DNA of 56,495 nt, the filler included, from Stramenopiles sp. TOSAG23-6 (taxonomy: Eukaryota), in NCBI GenBank assembly GCA_900128565.1. It is 4 parts of 4 records of this genome, joined end to end, with 100 filler letters (N's around TTAATTAATTAA, not from the genome) between each part and the next. Parts side by side here need not be neighbours in the genome. Positions count along the whole stretch, not along the records: positions 14,187 to 28,264 come from LT636149.1; positions 28,365 to 42,419 come from LT636150.1; 2 more parts are not named here. One strand, written 5' to 3'. The position numbers and the translations under genes are program-made. Below the pieces are notes generated by a model. It was not told where the DNA came from. It made no database searches and was given only the letters and a program-made list of their open reading frames with translations. Below are positions 19,539 to 33,100 of this stretch, piece after piece. The first letter of the stretch is position 1; each line of letters begins with the position of its first letter.

Positions 19539-22500
19539 TTAATCTCCATATCCAAATAAGGCTAAAGCAATGTTTTCGCCGATTTGATTAGGATCAAACG
19601 GCTCTCTCTCGATATCATTATATTCTGTTTGGTGTGATTTTCTTCTCTCTACCTTAGTTCTATTAGTATCATCTCCATATCCCTGGATGGAGTAATCTGC
19701 AGATAATCCAAATCCACTTTTTGAATTTTCAAGCGAAAGAAATTGACTCAAATCATCTCGATAATCATTTGGTTCACCTTTTGCAAAACTTCCAAATGTA
19801 AAANCNTCAGTTTTTTTTTTNANGCTTTATTCCACTCTTGTCCAGATCATCCACCCTATTTATACCACTCAAGCGCCCAGCGCAACTACAAGCCAAACGT
19901 CCGCATTCATGACAAGTATCATCTTCGTATCGATTGCGACCACCACCCACAATACCCCAGGATTCTGTTAACGCTTCTGTCACTTGGACTTCTTTTAGAC
20001 TTTTTGGTGAAGTTAGGTTCAAATTACGGTATGTAGCCCTCTGAGCAAGCTTTGGGGAATGTGCTAATCCTTTGACTTTTCGGTTAGTTATAGTATTTAG
20101 CTTTTTCTTTAATTTATGTTTTTTTGAACTAAATCCGCGCTTTTGTAAAGTATTTTTTGACTTTCGAAATCCTCTTCCTTTTGATAGAGCAACGGCCTTT
20201 CCCGATTGTCGTTGTCGATGTTTAGTTGATCCAAATCCAAAACCTTTAATATTTGGTGCGGATAAGGCTTTCATTCGGATCTTCTTATTCCGAGGTATCT
20301 TCCTCAAAACTGGGCCTCGCCTGTTTAAAAGAACCTGCTCGCGGCTTTCTTCTAATGCTACTTTCAATTTTACACTATCAGACTTCAGTTTTCTATCAAT
20401 TAGTTTTTTGTTCATACGTATCTGTTTCTCCATGTCTAATTGGAACTGTTTTTCGCGCTTCAATAAGTTGGCATTTCTACCTTGAGCATGGCGAAGATTT
20501 CTTATGCTTTCTACAGATGATTTCTTTCGATGTTGCCTGAGAGATTTTACTTCATTTATGCTTTCACGATCCACGGTTGCATTTGATGTTTTGTTTACAT
20601 GAGAAAGTAATAACTGCTCTGCCAAGTCAAGTCGACTTTTCCCTGTAGAAAAATGAGTTTCATCGCGTAAAAACGACCTTTTAGCATTTTTAGCAATATT
20701 ATTCACAAGGGATTTTGGTCCAGATGTTTTCATTGTTACCACTGCTTCTAACTTACCATCACTTATTTCTGAAGCTAAATCACGACCTTGAAAGAGATCA
20801 TTAGTTGGCGTATCAATGAGAGGGTTTTGAAGCGATTCATTACTATTATTTCTATCGACTTTCTTGAAAACATTGTGATGCTCCTTTTGTGTCGCCAAGA
20901 AGCTAAGAAGTCCTCGTCCTTTGGAAGCAATCTTAGTATTTGGTGTTGTCTTTGTTTCTTGTTCTTCACCAAGTTGCTTTTTTGGTGACTCGCTCACTAT
21001 TTTTTGTAAATGCCTAGAGATATGCTCGTCTTTATCAATATCAGCACCAATACTATCATTGGAAATTGAGTTGGGAAGTGTAGGAAATGGTTTAAGAATT
21101 GATTTAGGATTTTGAATGCCAAGTGAAATAGCTTTCTTTCTCCAATCAGCTTCAAGTTTTGATTCATATTGTGCAATGATATCCCTCTCAGCCGAAGAAA
21201 TCTTGTTTTGGGTCACTATCTCCATATTGCGGTTACTTAGCGATGCTTCGCCGCTTGTATGATCGGCAGCTTTCAAGAGGACTCCTTTATTAATATCAGC
21301 ATTTTTCAAAAGTCGTTTTGCATCATGAATATCGCGCTTAATTTTATGTTTTTTCATTTTGAATCTTCTTACTTGATGTACACTCTTTATTTTGATTGCC
21401 CCAGGAGTGTCAATATCATCAAGTTTTTCAGTTCTTATTATTTTTCTACTTGTGCTTTCTTTTACGCTATTTGACTTTATCTCTTTAATTGCCGAATTTG
21501 CGTTTTCTTTGTATTCTGTTGGTAATTTATCCACAAATAATCCAGGTCGTGCCTTCTCGTCGCCAGTAAAAAGTTGTGGAGCTAGTCTCCGTTTCTCTTC
21601 TACTAATTTTCGAAGGTCAATCACAAGAGATTCTAGTCTATGTTTCTCTGCTTCCCATTCCATTTTATCACTTCCATACTTATCAACCAATTGAGCCATG
21701 GATTCACCAACTTGTTGCTCGCGAAGCTCGATGTTTTTGTGCTTCACTTTTAGCGCAGCTTGTAAAGTTTCCACATCTTTTTTTGATATCTTGACTTCCT
21801 CTTTCAGTGCCCGCATTTTTTTTGCGTGGACTTTTCTAAGAGTAGTTATCTGAGCCTTCTGCGTTGCAGCCTCTCGAATAAATTCACAAATATGAATATG
21901 GCCCTCTGATTGTGCAACATCTTGTGGAGTTTGACCATTTGTATCTTTGGCCATCAAGCTAGCACCATTAGCACATAGAAATCGAGCAATTGAGAGGTGG
22001 CCCCGTTTACAAGCATAATGCAGAGCTGTCCATTTCTTACGATCTTCCTTCATAATCAGTGGAATCCACAGTTGTAATCGCCGTGCTTCACGTAAACCTT
22101 CCGGGTCATCGCCAGCCTCGATAGTACCTGTAACAGCACAACAGGTTTCATGCAGGAGTTTGCAAATATCCACACTTCCTTGCCAAGCAGCTAAATCCAA
22201 AAGAGTCCTTCCAAAGCCATCAACTCTAGTAATATGTTCAATAAGTTGTTTTTCTCCTCCCTCACGCAAAACATCTAACAACCACACAACTGATTTTAAT
22301 GATTTCTCTGCTTTTATTCCAAGGCCTCCAATTGGACATGATAAGATTGTGTGGTGTATTGGTGATCTTCCTGCTGAATCCAAAGCAGTTGTGAGAGCAC
22401 CATGTGAAACTAGTAATTTCATTGCAGCAATATCTGCTGCGCGAGCTGCATGATGAATGAGCTGAAGTCCATCTTTATCCGATATATCAACTGGGATAAT

Positions 22501-25500
22501 ACTGAGTACTTGATCAAGCCATACTACATTGCCCATTGCACAAGCTTCCATTGCAACTTTAACTTGGTTTTCTGGTTCCACTAGAAGCAAACGTTGTCGT
22601 ATTTTCAATGCGTGTTCTGCTTCTGCCTGGCGTGCATTAGCTGCTGCTATTTGGGCAGCTGCCTTTGCTGCTGATTCTTTCAATATAGCTTTCTCTAATG
22701 CTATCTCAACTACTTCTACCCCAAAATCGCGCAAACCTCTAGTAACCGAGGGAAGCTGTCCGCGTATTTTAGACCGTCTTAAAGATTCTTGTTTTTTTTC
22801 AGCAACATTATTTATAGCCTTTTGTACTTCCTCGGATGCTTCTGCTACAGTTTCATACGCTTCTAATTCCAAAGCTAACTTTTCTTCACGGGCAAAAACT
22901 ACTGCTTGAGGCTCTTTAAGTTCCCAAATATCCGCCGGTAACATTCCTTTTGTATTATTGTATGCTTCCAAATCTTTCGCATGTTGTTTTTTTTCAGCTT
23001 CTTTGGCTAACACAAATTGCCTTTCTTTTTCAATTTGTTTTTTCTCTTGTTCTCTATCATATCGTTTCTTTCTTGCTTCATTTTGCCTAGCTACAATAGT
23101 CTCTTTCCATCTTGCTTGTTCTTGCTCGCGGAGAACTTCTCTCGCAGCAGAGCGGCGTAATATGTCTGCGCGTCGAATCGCATTCTCCACAGTATCCTTC
23201 AAGCTTTCTGGTTCATCCGATAATATATGTCTATACATAAAAGGCCGAAATTGGTGTTCTTTAAAATTGGATTTAGAAAACAGTATTCGCGCAGCCTCCG
23301 CAGTGGTTACATCATTACCAGGTATTTTCTTTCGAAGCCCCGTGGGCCCATCAACAAAATTTTCTTTTTTGGCAGTGTTGAAGTTGGCATTCCGTTCTTC
23401 ATCACGCCGTGTTCGCCATTGCTTCAATAGCAAAGCACGTTGTTGCTTGATGTGAAATACTTCTGGATCTTGTGTAGCTGTTTTCACCATTTCTCTCGCA
23501 GAAATTAATCGCAAACGTTCAGCTTTTATATTATTTTCAATTCTGTTGTCCTTTTCGTATAATACACTGTAAAGCTCATTTCCGTACTCCTTTTCTTTAG
23601 AGGAAGTTGTAACTTCGATTATAGTTGCTCTCACCCACGCATCATTTGTATTTACAAGAACAGGCATACGATTTGAGAGCTTTGCACCAGCTCGAGGCAA
23701 ACCAAACTTTCCAAATATCAGTGATGGGGCTTCGTTTATCTCATTGGAAGATTTGGCATGTATACCAGAACTTTCGAGTTTAGGAGAAACTATTTCATCA
23801 TGTAATTCTGTATCCCGATTTCTATCTAATGTAGAATGACTAATATATTGTTCTGGTTCTGTTGTAATTGCCAAGGCATCAAGTAAACCATCGTCAGGAA
23901 TTCCTGTTGGAAAAATATCTAAATTTAAGGCAGCAAAATTTTCAACATGTTGTTTTTCAGCTGAAGGTTTGATGGATAATCTGTCTTTGTTCTCCTTCTC
24001 TTGCTTCCATATTTTTGCCTTCTCAAGACGTGTAGGCTTGCGATTTGATTCAAATGCAGGCTTTCCAAGTTCATCAAGAACTTGCTGGCCGGTGCGAAAA
24101 TCTCTCGGCAGTACACCATCAATATCAGCAAAAGCATCCACTGTCTGAGTATCAAGGGAACCTTTTGTTGCTGCATTTGCAAGTGCTACATTACGAGATG
24201 TAGTCTTTGTTAATGCTGCAGCTAACGAATCATCATTTTCAGCTAGGAGAGTAATCATCTCTCGATCAATTGCAATTGCATCTTTGGAGCGATACTTTGC
24301 TGTGCTAGAAAGCACCCCATAGTTACTTAAAACACTTGTTGCTGTCTTTGTTAAATTTTCCCATTCAGCTTTTTCAGTGGCAATTTCTTGGGCAACTCTT
24401 AATTGTAACTGAATGTCCTTTTGTGCCATTATTTGTTCTGCTGCAGCTTCACCAGCGGCTTGAGCCATGATAGCTGGTGAACCCCCGGCTGCCATTACCG
24501 CCTTAGCTGCTGCTGCAGATGCTTGTTGTGTACTTGCACCGGATATAATTGCACAATTGGCGGCAGCTTTACCTGCTGCAATTGCTGCAGCTTTTTGATT
24601 AAGCTTGGGCTGATCAAACCCAGCAAATTCAACTTCAGCTGGGGCGAAATCTTTTGCATAACCTGCTGGACCTAATTTATTCTTTGCTTCTGCTACCCTT
24701 TTGACATCTCGTTCATCAGGAACAATATTTCCAGTCTTTTGTGCATTTAAAATTTTCTCAAGATCAATGTTTCCTTCATCTTGGTCATGTCTCATTTTGT
24801 ACTTAACGTCTTCAATCCTGTTATTCTCTGTATCAATGAGTTGCCTCGCATATCCCAACAACTCCTTATATCTGCGCCTTCCTTGGACACTCTCACGATC
24901 CAGAGTTCGTTGTAATTCAAGACCAATTGCATCTTTTCTATTATTAGCAGCAGTGTTCATATTTTGTTGTGCCATGTTTATTTGTTCACGTTGTACACTT
25001 CGTGTAGCTGCAGCGGCTGTGAGTAAAGAAAGGAAAATAGACACTGAGAGTTTTGCATCATAACAAATTATGGCATTTGCCCTGGAAAATCCCAGAAAAC
25101 GCAAGCGTGTTTCATCCATAGCTTTAACCGCATGAAATGCGAGATCGACAGTTGCTGGTTTAATATCATATCCACGAAGAGATGCAAGACCACATTCAGC
25201 ACCATAACGCAAAAACCCTCGATTATCAATCTGTAGAAGTTTAAGTCCTTTTGGTTGCAATGTACCCCAATGACTACGTTCCATATTTTTGAAAATTGTG
25301 GTACTCTTATTGGCTTTTGCTAAACCAGCAATAGTGATGCCTGAAATTTCACGTGTAACCCGAGAACCTTTTTTTCCATCTCTTGATCTGGCACCAAAAG
25401 CATCATGTGAAGCAAACTCGGCAAATGTTATTTGTAATTCTGGTGACGTGCCTAACGTTTTTTCTAATTCGTCAATTTTAGATTTACGATGCTGAGCCAA

Positions 25501-27540
25501 GCTTTCTTTTTCTGCATGTTTCAATTGCTTTGTAGGAATTGATTTAGTAGAATCCCTCATTTGAATTGTGGCGTTCTTTTCCGTCTTTTTCTTTGCTTGT
25601 ACACCTTGCGGATGCTCATTCATTGATTCTTCATAGGATTTATTTCTTGACTCTCCCACTGATTTAATTTTTGATTCTTCCATTGCTTTATCTGTCGATT
25701 TCTCAAATATTTCGTTGATCTCCTTTTCTGGCGCTTGATGTTCTAGCAAGTCTTCCACAGTATCATTTTCTAACGTATCTTTTGAATTAAGACTACCGGT
25801 TGAAGTTTTTGCAGAGTGCATATGTCCAACATTATTTTCGGTTGAAACTCTGTCTGAAGGTACTGGCGAACTCTTTGTTTGTGGAAATTTAACATGCTGC
25901 GAAAGTTTACTAGGGTTTAAAATATTCTTCTGGTAACTTTCGGTATGTATTGCTTTCTTTGTGTCATATATTCTATCTACTTCAGATGTATCAATTCGTC
26001 TTTCTTTCACTTCTCGTTTATACGCTGCCCCAATTAATGCTACTTGGGTATCATTCAGTTGTAAGCTCTCAGCAGCAATTCTTATTATATCTGAAGCACT
26101 TGCGTCAGTATTTTCCTCGCAACTCTTTTCTACGGCTACCACAAAGGCTTCAAATAACTCACTTTTAAGTCCAGCTTTTGATGCTGCAGAAACGGCATCT
26201 GTTAATATGTTGACACTTTTGGCATCAATCAATGTATCATCCGGTGAAGAATGTTCCTTTAATGATTTTAATTCAGTATTATATTCAATGCTGTTATTAG
26301 AAGTTTTAATATTACCACAAAGTGGTACAGACCCCTTTGCATTCTTAAACTCATTGATTGACCAGTCCATTTCTTCGGCCAAGTCAGCTAACTCAGTACT
26401 CGACACACCAGCAGTAGTTGCCGCAAAAATCGCAGCTTCAGTCACTTCAGGAGATTTTGCCAACATTTGAACATCTATATTTGTATTGCTATTATTTTTA
26501 ACCCCACTCTTCGCAAAACTGCTTCTTTTATCCCTCTTTACTGCTTCAGCAGAAGCACCTGCAATGGCACTGGCTTGTTGCTGTGTTAGTCCAGCCACAG
26601 CAGCCGCCGCAACAACAAGGTCTGCAACTTCAGTTGCAGCATCAATCTGTGTTTTAGATGGAGAAACACTGGGGAGCAATCTTCGTTTGGGACTGGATAT
26701 ATTATGTCTGCCATAACTATCAGTGCTACGACCTGTATAAGGCCGTTTAGTGCTGAGTGGTCTATAACTATCTCTACTTCTACGACTTAATGCACGCGCA
26801 CCACTAAATGGTCTATAACTATCTCCACTCCGACGACTTGTTGCACGAGTTCTGCTGAAGGGTCTATAACTTTCTCTACTTCTTCGACTTGCTGCACGAC
26901 CTTTTAAATTGATATAATGTGCCATCACATCAACATCTTGTGCTGTTATTTTAGAAGTGTCGCTACGGAAGCTGTTCTGACTACTATGTGAAAAGGCAGA
27001 TCTCCGGGAAAAACCTCGCGAATTGTTTTCTATTATTTTTTTATTTTGTTTCGACAGTGTTTGCTGTAGATTGGTGGGAGACAGTCTATTGTTTTTCATT
27101 CTAGATTCCACAGGAATTACACGATCGTCGTTGTATGTTTGTTCTATACTATCCTTATCATATTTAATATTTCGTTCCATAAGTAAAGCTAGTCGCTGTC
27201 TAGATGATGACATATCTTGACGGTGGTGCTTACTTTCATCTAAATCCACGTATTGGGGGGTGATATAGGCATCCCTTATCTTAGTCTCAATTTTTTCCGT
27301 ATGTTCTCCTTTTTCTTTATTCGATGGATCACTCTGATCCATGGTCAAATTTTTGAGTTCTTCACCGAGTCGGGGGTCTTCATGCAATGGTTGTAGCTCA
27401 GGGAGGGCTCTAAGAGCGTCAGCGGTTGATTCAAATGGTGGGTATGAAGGGGGATGTGGCTCGTGTCGAACTTTTAAGTCTTTCTTTTCTTTCATTCTAA
27501 AAGCAATNNNNNNNNNNNNNNNNNNNGCTTCTATAGCCAT
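19539..27540 (-). CDS. Very large intronless protein with p25alpha-like, Tudor-like and ankyrin-repeat regions
   Basis: 2592-aa ORF. Ankyrin motifs GLQLIHHAARAAD, GRTLLDLAAWQG, WTALHYACKRGHLSIARFL. The stop at 19807 falls in an N/homopolymer patch and another frame continues to ORF 19539. Confidence 0.75.
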
Positions 27541-27886
27541 ATTGCATACATGTATAGGTATGTAACATGAAATATGAGTAGTCAATCGGACATTACGGGT
27601 GATGAGTGAAATATAGTAATGTCAAATGGATACATAATACGTAAATATAGCCTATCCACAGTTTCACTACTGACGTGGGTACCATAGTATATAACTGTCG
27701 CGTCAGCATTTTAAAACACGAAATAACTGAAAAGTAACCAAAAAGATACAAACTGAATTCACAAAAGTTTAAACAACAAGGTGTCGACTATTATTGATCA
27801 CTTAAAGGGTTATCTTCTATAAATTGANNNNNNNNNNNNNNNNNNNNNNNNNNNNNNNNNNNNNNNNNNNNAAAGTATAAAAACTA

Positions 27887-28264
27887 TTAGAACTCTGTAT
27901 GTATTTCATCTTGAATACTATTGCAAGACTTCGAAAACAAACCTACAATAAAGCCAATCATAAACATTACAAGCGGAATTATATACGTAAAAAATATAGA
28001 TTGTTTCGGACGAGTTGAGTTCAAAATAGACTTCTTTTTAATCACAGGTGACGCATGAGCCGTCGTAATGCGAGACATATCAATACTTCCCTTTCTTTTT
28101 AATTTCCTTTCAGCAGGAGGCTTATTTCTACTGTTTTGTTCATCACTATCTTGTTGAAGTGGCGCAATAGTACCATCACTCAATAATTGACACAAATTGC
28201 TCTCATCATTAATATTTATATGATTTGGTCGAAGTGCAAAAATGACTTGTTCAGGTAAATTCGC
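27887..28264 (-). CDS. C-terminal fragment of a protein with a C-terminal transmembrane helix
   Basis: Open frame between two N gaps, ending IFFTYIIPLVMFMIGFIVGLF. Confidence 0.5.
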   Translation of the reverse strand, partial: ANLPEQVIFALRPNHININDESNLCQLLSDGTIAPLQQDSDEQNSRNKPPAERKLKRKGSIDMSRITTAHASPVIKKKSILNSTRPKQSIFFTYIIPLVMFMIGFIVGLFSKSCNSIQDEIHTEF

Positions 28265-28364
28265 NNNNNNNNNNNNNNNNNNNNNNNNNNNNNNNNNNNN
28301 NNNNNNNNTTAATTAATTAANNNNNNNNNNNNNNNNNNNNNNNNNNNNNNNNNNNNNNNNNNNN

Positions 28365-28446
28365 AAAAAAATTAAATTCGAAATTTGTTAGGTACAAAAT
28401 TTCGTACGAAAAAAAAAAAAATTTGAAATTCATAATGAAAACGTAC
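28365..28446 (-). mobile_element. 5' part of introner-like intron, truncated by gap
   Basis: Minus: gt|GTACGTTTTCATTATGAA...TTCGTACGAAATTTTGTACCTAAC... then N. Confidence 0.8.
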
Positions 28447-29848
28447 ACCAAGTTGGCAAGTTTTTCATCAATAAAGGAAGGAAGCATAGCTGTATTAATT
28501 GTAAATTGTTGCTTCCATACCTTTTCAGGTGATACCGATGGATTACTAGCGACAAAAAATTCACTGTAAGGATCAGAAAAAATTCCTACTTCGCACCAAC
28601 TTTTTAAACAATTAAATAAAGGTTTTGTTAGTGAATCTAATTGGCTCTGAACAAAGTTACTTACTGTTATATCACCGTGTTGCATATGTAGATATATAGC
28701 AGATGCAAGCGCCCCTCCATGTATTGTGAAAAATATTCTAAAAGTTTGGATTTTTTTGTTAGGTACGGAATTTTCATCGAAAAAAAAAATAAAAGTGTTA
28801 GGTACAAAATTTCGTATGAAAAAAATAAAAAAATTTGAAATTGATGATGAAAACGTACATGAAGTCCAATAGATGAATCGGCAATTATTGCCATCAAGCG
28901 CAAGCGATCAATTGGTGTTTGTAACCATATAAACAATCGTCGCAATGTCAATGAAAAGTGCTGTGGTTTTCTATTTTCTCCTTCTTCTTTTTTATTATTT
29001 TTGTTTTGTAAAGCATCGCGATTAACTTGAGCTTGAATTATCGCAATTAATCTATAAAATTCGCTTAACTCAGTTTTCAATGAAAAACATAACGCATTTT
29101 GACATAAACCTGAACGGGTATCTTTTTCACAATGTTCAATGAAATTACCGAGCTTCCTAAAGAGCCAACCACCTTCAGTGATTTTACGTATCAAAATTCT
29201 CGTAGGTTTTGGAACTCCAAAATTAGCGCATACGACATAGCCTCGCTCAGTAGCATCATACTTAATATACGTACCATCAATACCCTGAAGAACAAATAAA
29301 ATATCTCTTATCAATAATTGCTCAGATACTTCAAATGAAAAGTTTTTACCAACGTTGTAGTGAGTCTCAGAAAAATTAATGGTTTTTGTAGTTTTTCCAG
29401 GGGATTTTTCACAGTGATTACTAGATAATGATACATTTTCTTTTAATGATAATCCTAGACTCGGTTCTAGCAAACTTGGTTGAAATGAAGGAGGGGAATC
29501 TGAACTCATACTTTGAGAACCACGTAGTGCATGGAGAATCTGAAGTACTCCACTTTTGTTCTGAATGGCGCCAGACTTTCTGAATAAATGACATAGCTCT
29601 CGGAATTTCAATGGGACGCTCGTTTCATTACTATTAACTCGAGCAAGATAACGCTCTATTTTGATAGCCATTGTATCAATATCATTCCTAGATAGTATTC
29701 GTGAGTTGGTGGTTGAGGTTGAGCCTACAATACGCACGCAGTATTCTAATAAACTTGAATGCTTTTCTTCGTTATGTGGGCATATACTGGACACAAGTCG
29801 TCGTAATAGTAACGCAACCACTTCTTCTGGTCTAGCACTACGCTCCAT
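28447..29848 (-). CDS. TUBGCP3: Gamma-tubulin complex component 3 (Spc98 family), 3'-partial; exons 29848-28859 and 28718-28447
   Basis: EVSEQLLIRDILFVLQGIDGTYIKY, GLCQNALCFSLKTELSEFYRLIA, LTLRRL, GGALASAI...HGD, DPYSEFFV, MLPSFI match GCP3 grip motifs. Confidence 0.88.
28719..28858 (-). mobile_element. Introner-like intron with two cores, GT...AT
   Basis: Minus: cat|GTACGTTTTCATC...gtacctaac x2...cacaataCAT|gga ggg gcg; restores GLH|GGALASAI. AGs at -19 and +4 are both out of frame. Confidence 0.88.
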
Positions 29849-30113
29849 TATATATCAAATGTAGTAACGCTATTTATTGAGTGTGGTTTTTTTTAGACAA
29901 ACAATACAATTTCAATCAACAATGCAATATTAATAAAGGAGGGTTCGCCGTGAAAAACCTTATCGTTGAAAATTTTACGGTGGTTTGAAATTCAAAAGAT
30001 GGAATAAACCTGCTTTATTAGTATCTCGTCCGTTTAGCTCAAGACGTTAGCGGTTAGGGTAGCTAAGAATGGAACAACTTCTTTTGTAAAAAAATTGTTA
30101 AAACATTATTGCG

Positions 30114-33100
30114 ATGGATCCCAATATATCTACAGATATGAAAGCAACAAAGGATCGCTTCGACACATTACTGAATGAACTTTGTAATGAAAATCCTGAT
30201 TTATCTGGAGTCGTGGTGGTATCTGATGAGAAGAGATTGAACGCAGTAAGGAAAGATTTTGAAGACTGTTCAAATCAAAAAGAATATCTTAGTGTTCTGC
30301 ATAGACACTTATTTCAAGAAGAACAAGCTCAATTTTGTGACAGTATAAATGTTCCTATTCGTTGGTTGCGAGAAGCATGTCGTAAAGATGATACATCTAT
30401 GCGGGAATCCCCGACCGAAAAGCAAGTCCGACTAGACGTGCAGCGTGATATAGTTGTAATCAATGACTCTACTTTTATTGGCGCTGATTCTGGTTTTGAC
30501 AAAATATTTAATCATCTCACAGGAAGCATCAAAGAAGTGGGAGAAAACGTAAACATCGATATAGAAAAACTAAATAAAGAAGCAATGAAAATTCTAACAG
30601 AAAGCTGTAGAAGTGTGTCTGCCGGCGATTCGTTTGATGCAGTAACAAATTTATTAAGTTCACCATATATCCATGTACGTTTTTTCTCATCATGAATTTT
30701 TTAAATGTATATTTTTTTCATAAAAAGTCATAGTCTTACAAAAATTGAAATTTGACATATATTTTTACAATAAATATCACACAAGATACTACTTGTTCAA
30801 AACCAATTCGTCTAGATGTTCATTTGGGTGCTTTTACAAATGGATGGGGTCTTGGTGTTGCAATAAATGTTGTGTCTCTTTTTAACATATGTTCACCAAT
30901 AACAGATACTGAAAATGAACCAAATATTTTACAAAAACTTTCAGTCACTTTTCAAAAAAAATGGTTATTAGATGTTGAAATTGGAAAAAGTATGAAACGT
31001 GCACCTAAAACAAAATACGATAAAGCAAATAATGAGATAAATACATCTAGTTATGTTCCAGATGATGGTGTGATTCTATTTTCACTGCGTTCAGAACAAA
31101 ACAAAACTGTGGATACTTCAATAATTAATGGGAAACAATATAATGAGAAAGATGAAACAAGTAGCAGCATTCCTATCAATCTCCCTTCAGATGAAAGCGA
31201 GGAAGATGGGATTATTTCGTCTGATTCTGAATTTGATCAAAATGGCAATGAAAAAGATTTCAATGAACGAAATAGCTCTGTAAATCATATGAAACGTTCG
31301 CTTAAGCGTGCTAAACATAAATCAAAAGCTCGGGCTCGTGCAAAACAAATGGCTGAAGCTGCAGGGATGATACGTAGCGATAAAACAAAGCAAGTAATGA
31401 ATCAAACAAATAATAATATAAATACAAGAAACAACTCTGCTAGTGGTGACACATTATCGACCTCAAGTCATTGGAATGGCCATTTATTAGAGGATACAGA
31501 TACGTTGGAAAATATGGCTTGCACTGAAGTCTTCTGCATGGGTGATAATTCACATGGAACTCTTGGATTAGGAGATTTAAACACGAGAAAAACTCCTTCA
31601 TTGTTATTAATACCTAGTGAAATTACTGGTCTTGCACGCGTGAAATCCATATCATGTAGTGCGTTACACTCTGTGGCTGTGACGGATCTTGGTATCGTCT
31701 ATACATGGGGATCAGGATCTGAAGGTGCATTAGGCCATGGTGATAGTGAAGACTCTGCAATCCCTAGATTTGTAGAATATCTTGCAACGATGGATCCACC
31801 TGTACAAGTAACTACAGTATCAGCAGGATCGGAGATATTAGGTGCGCATACCGCAGCAATTACATCCGGCGGAGAACTTTTTCTATGGGGTTTAGGTGTT
31901 GCCACGGGTCTCGGTAGTGGTACAAATGTTGAGCTCCCGAAACAAGTTGAAGAATCGAGGCTTGGAAGTGATAACCCTGAGAAGGGTGGAGGTATTGTGA
32001 CTGCTGTTGCGTGTGGGGGAGCATTTACAATTGCTGTAACTGCTGATGGGTCATTATATTCCTGGGGTAAGTGGGCGAGTGGTCGCCTGGGACTTGGCAT
32101 GCCTCAAGCACATAAAAGCAGAGCTCGAGGAAAACTTTTTAAACGAGCTCGAAATCCACGCTTTCAATTGGTTCCAAAACGAATTAAAAGTATTTTGCTG
32201 GACAAATTTATTACACACATTGCAGCTGGTGAGGCTCATGCATTGGCAGTAGACAGAGACGGTACTTTGTATTCGTGGGGCAGAGGTTCATCTGGTCAGC
32301 TAGGGACATCAAATAGTCGTGATAGTATGGAACCTATGAAGGTTACAGGTCAAGACGTGTACAATAGAAAAGTATTCCAAAGCAGTCAAATTATTCCGTA
32401 TACTTTAAACGGCAATCAATCCGAATTGAATCATTTAGGTCCTATTATATGTGTGTCGTGTGGTATTAATACTTCTGCAGCGGTCACACAAAATGGAAAG
32501 CTTTGGGTGTGGGGTGGAGGAGGCCGAAGAGTATTGGGGCTTGGCTTACCTTTGGGTAATAAACTTGCTGGTTTAACGGTTCAAAGACAAGCACAGATGC
32601 AAAAACTTGAAGATGAAGATAGTACCGAAGATGCAAGAAAACGACGCGGAGATTGGTTTTTGCCTCAACAAGTCAATGCACTATCTGAATTGCATGTTTC
32701 AGAAGTTTCGTGTGGCTCGCATCACATGTGTGCAGTGACTCGTCACGGTTCTTTGTATATGTGGGGTAAAATAAATGATGACCCAGTTGTATCTATACCC
32801 CGATTATTATCATCCATTGCGCCTGCTGGTGAGAGTCTAAAGGAACGCCAAGCGCGTGCTCTTGATCCAAGAAATAAACGCCAAAGGGAAGAAGAGGATT
32901 TAGGACAACGTCAAGTCATTTCTGTAGAGTGTGGTGGATCCATGATATTTGCATTAGCCCATAGTAATATATTGGGCAATGCAATGCTAAGTGAAATGGA
33001 ACGATGCGTCGCTGTTGTTATTGCTACTGAATCCCTTGACCCAACAGGATGTGATGCTACTATATTTGCATCGGGTAGACCGATATATGCACATCGCTTA

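Noticed and set aside
19800-19825. Stop or programmed frameshift at the end of the 2592-aa ORF
   Set aside because: Coincides with Ns and a homopolymer run; another frame continues cleanly to 19539, so a sequencing error is more likely.
20072-27565. Many short plus-strand ORFs opposite the giant gene (and similar shadows elsewhere)
   Set aside because: Antisense shadows of long coding frames with no recognisable motifs.
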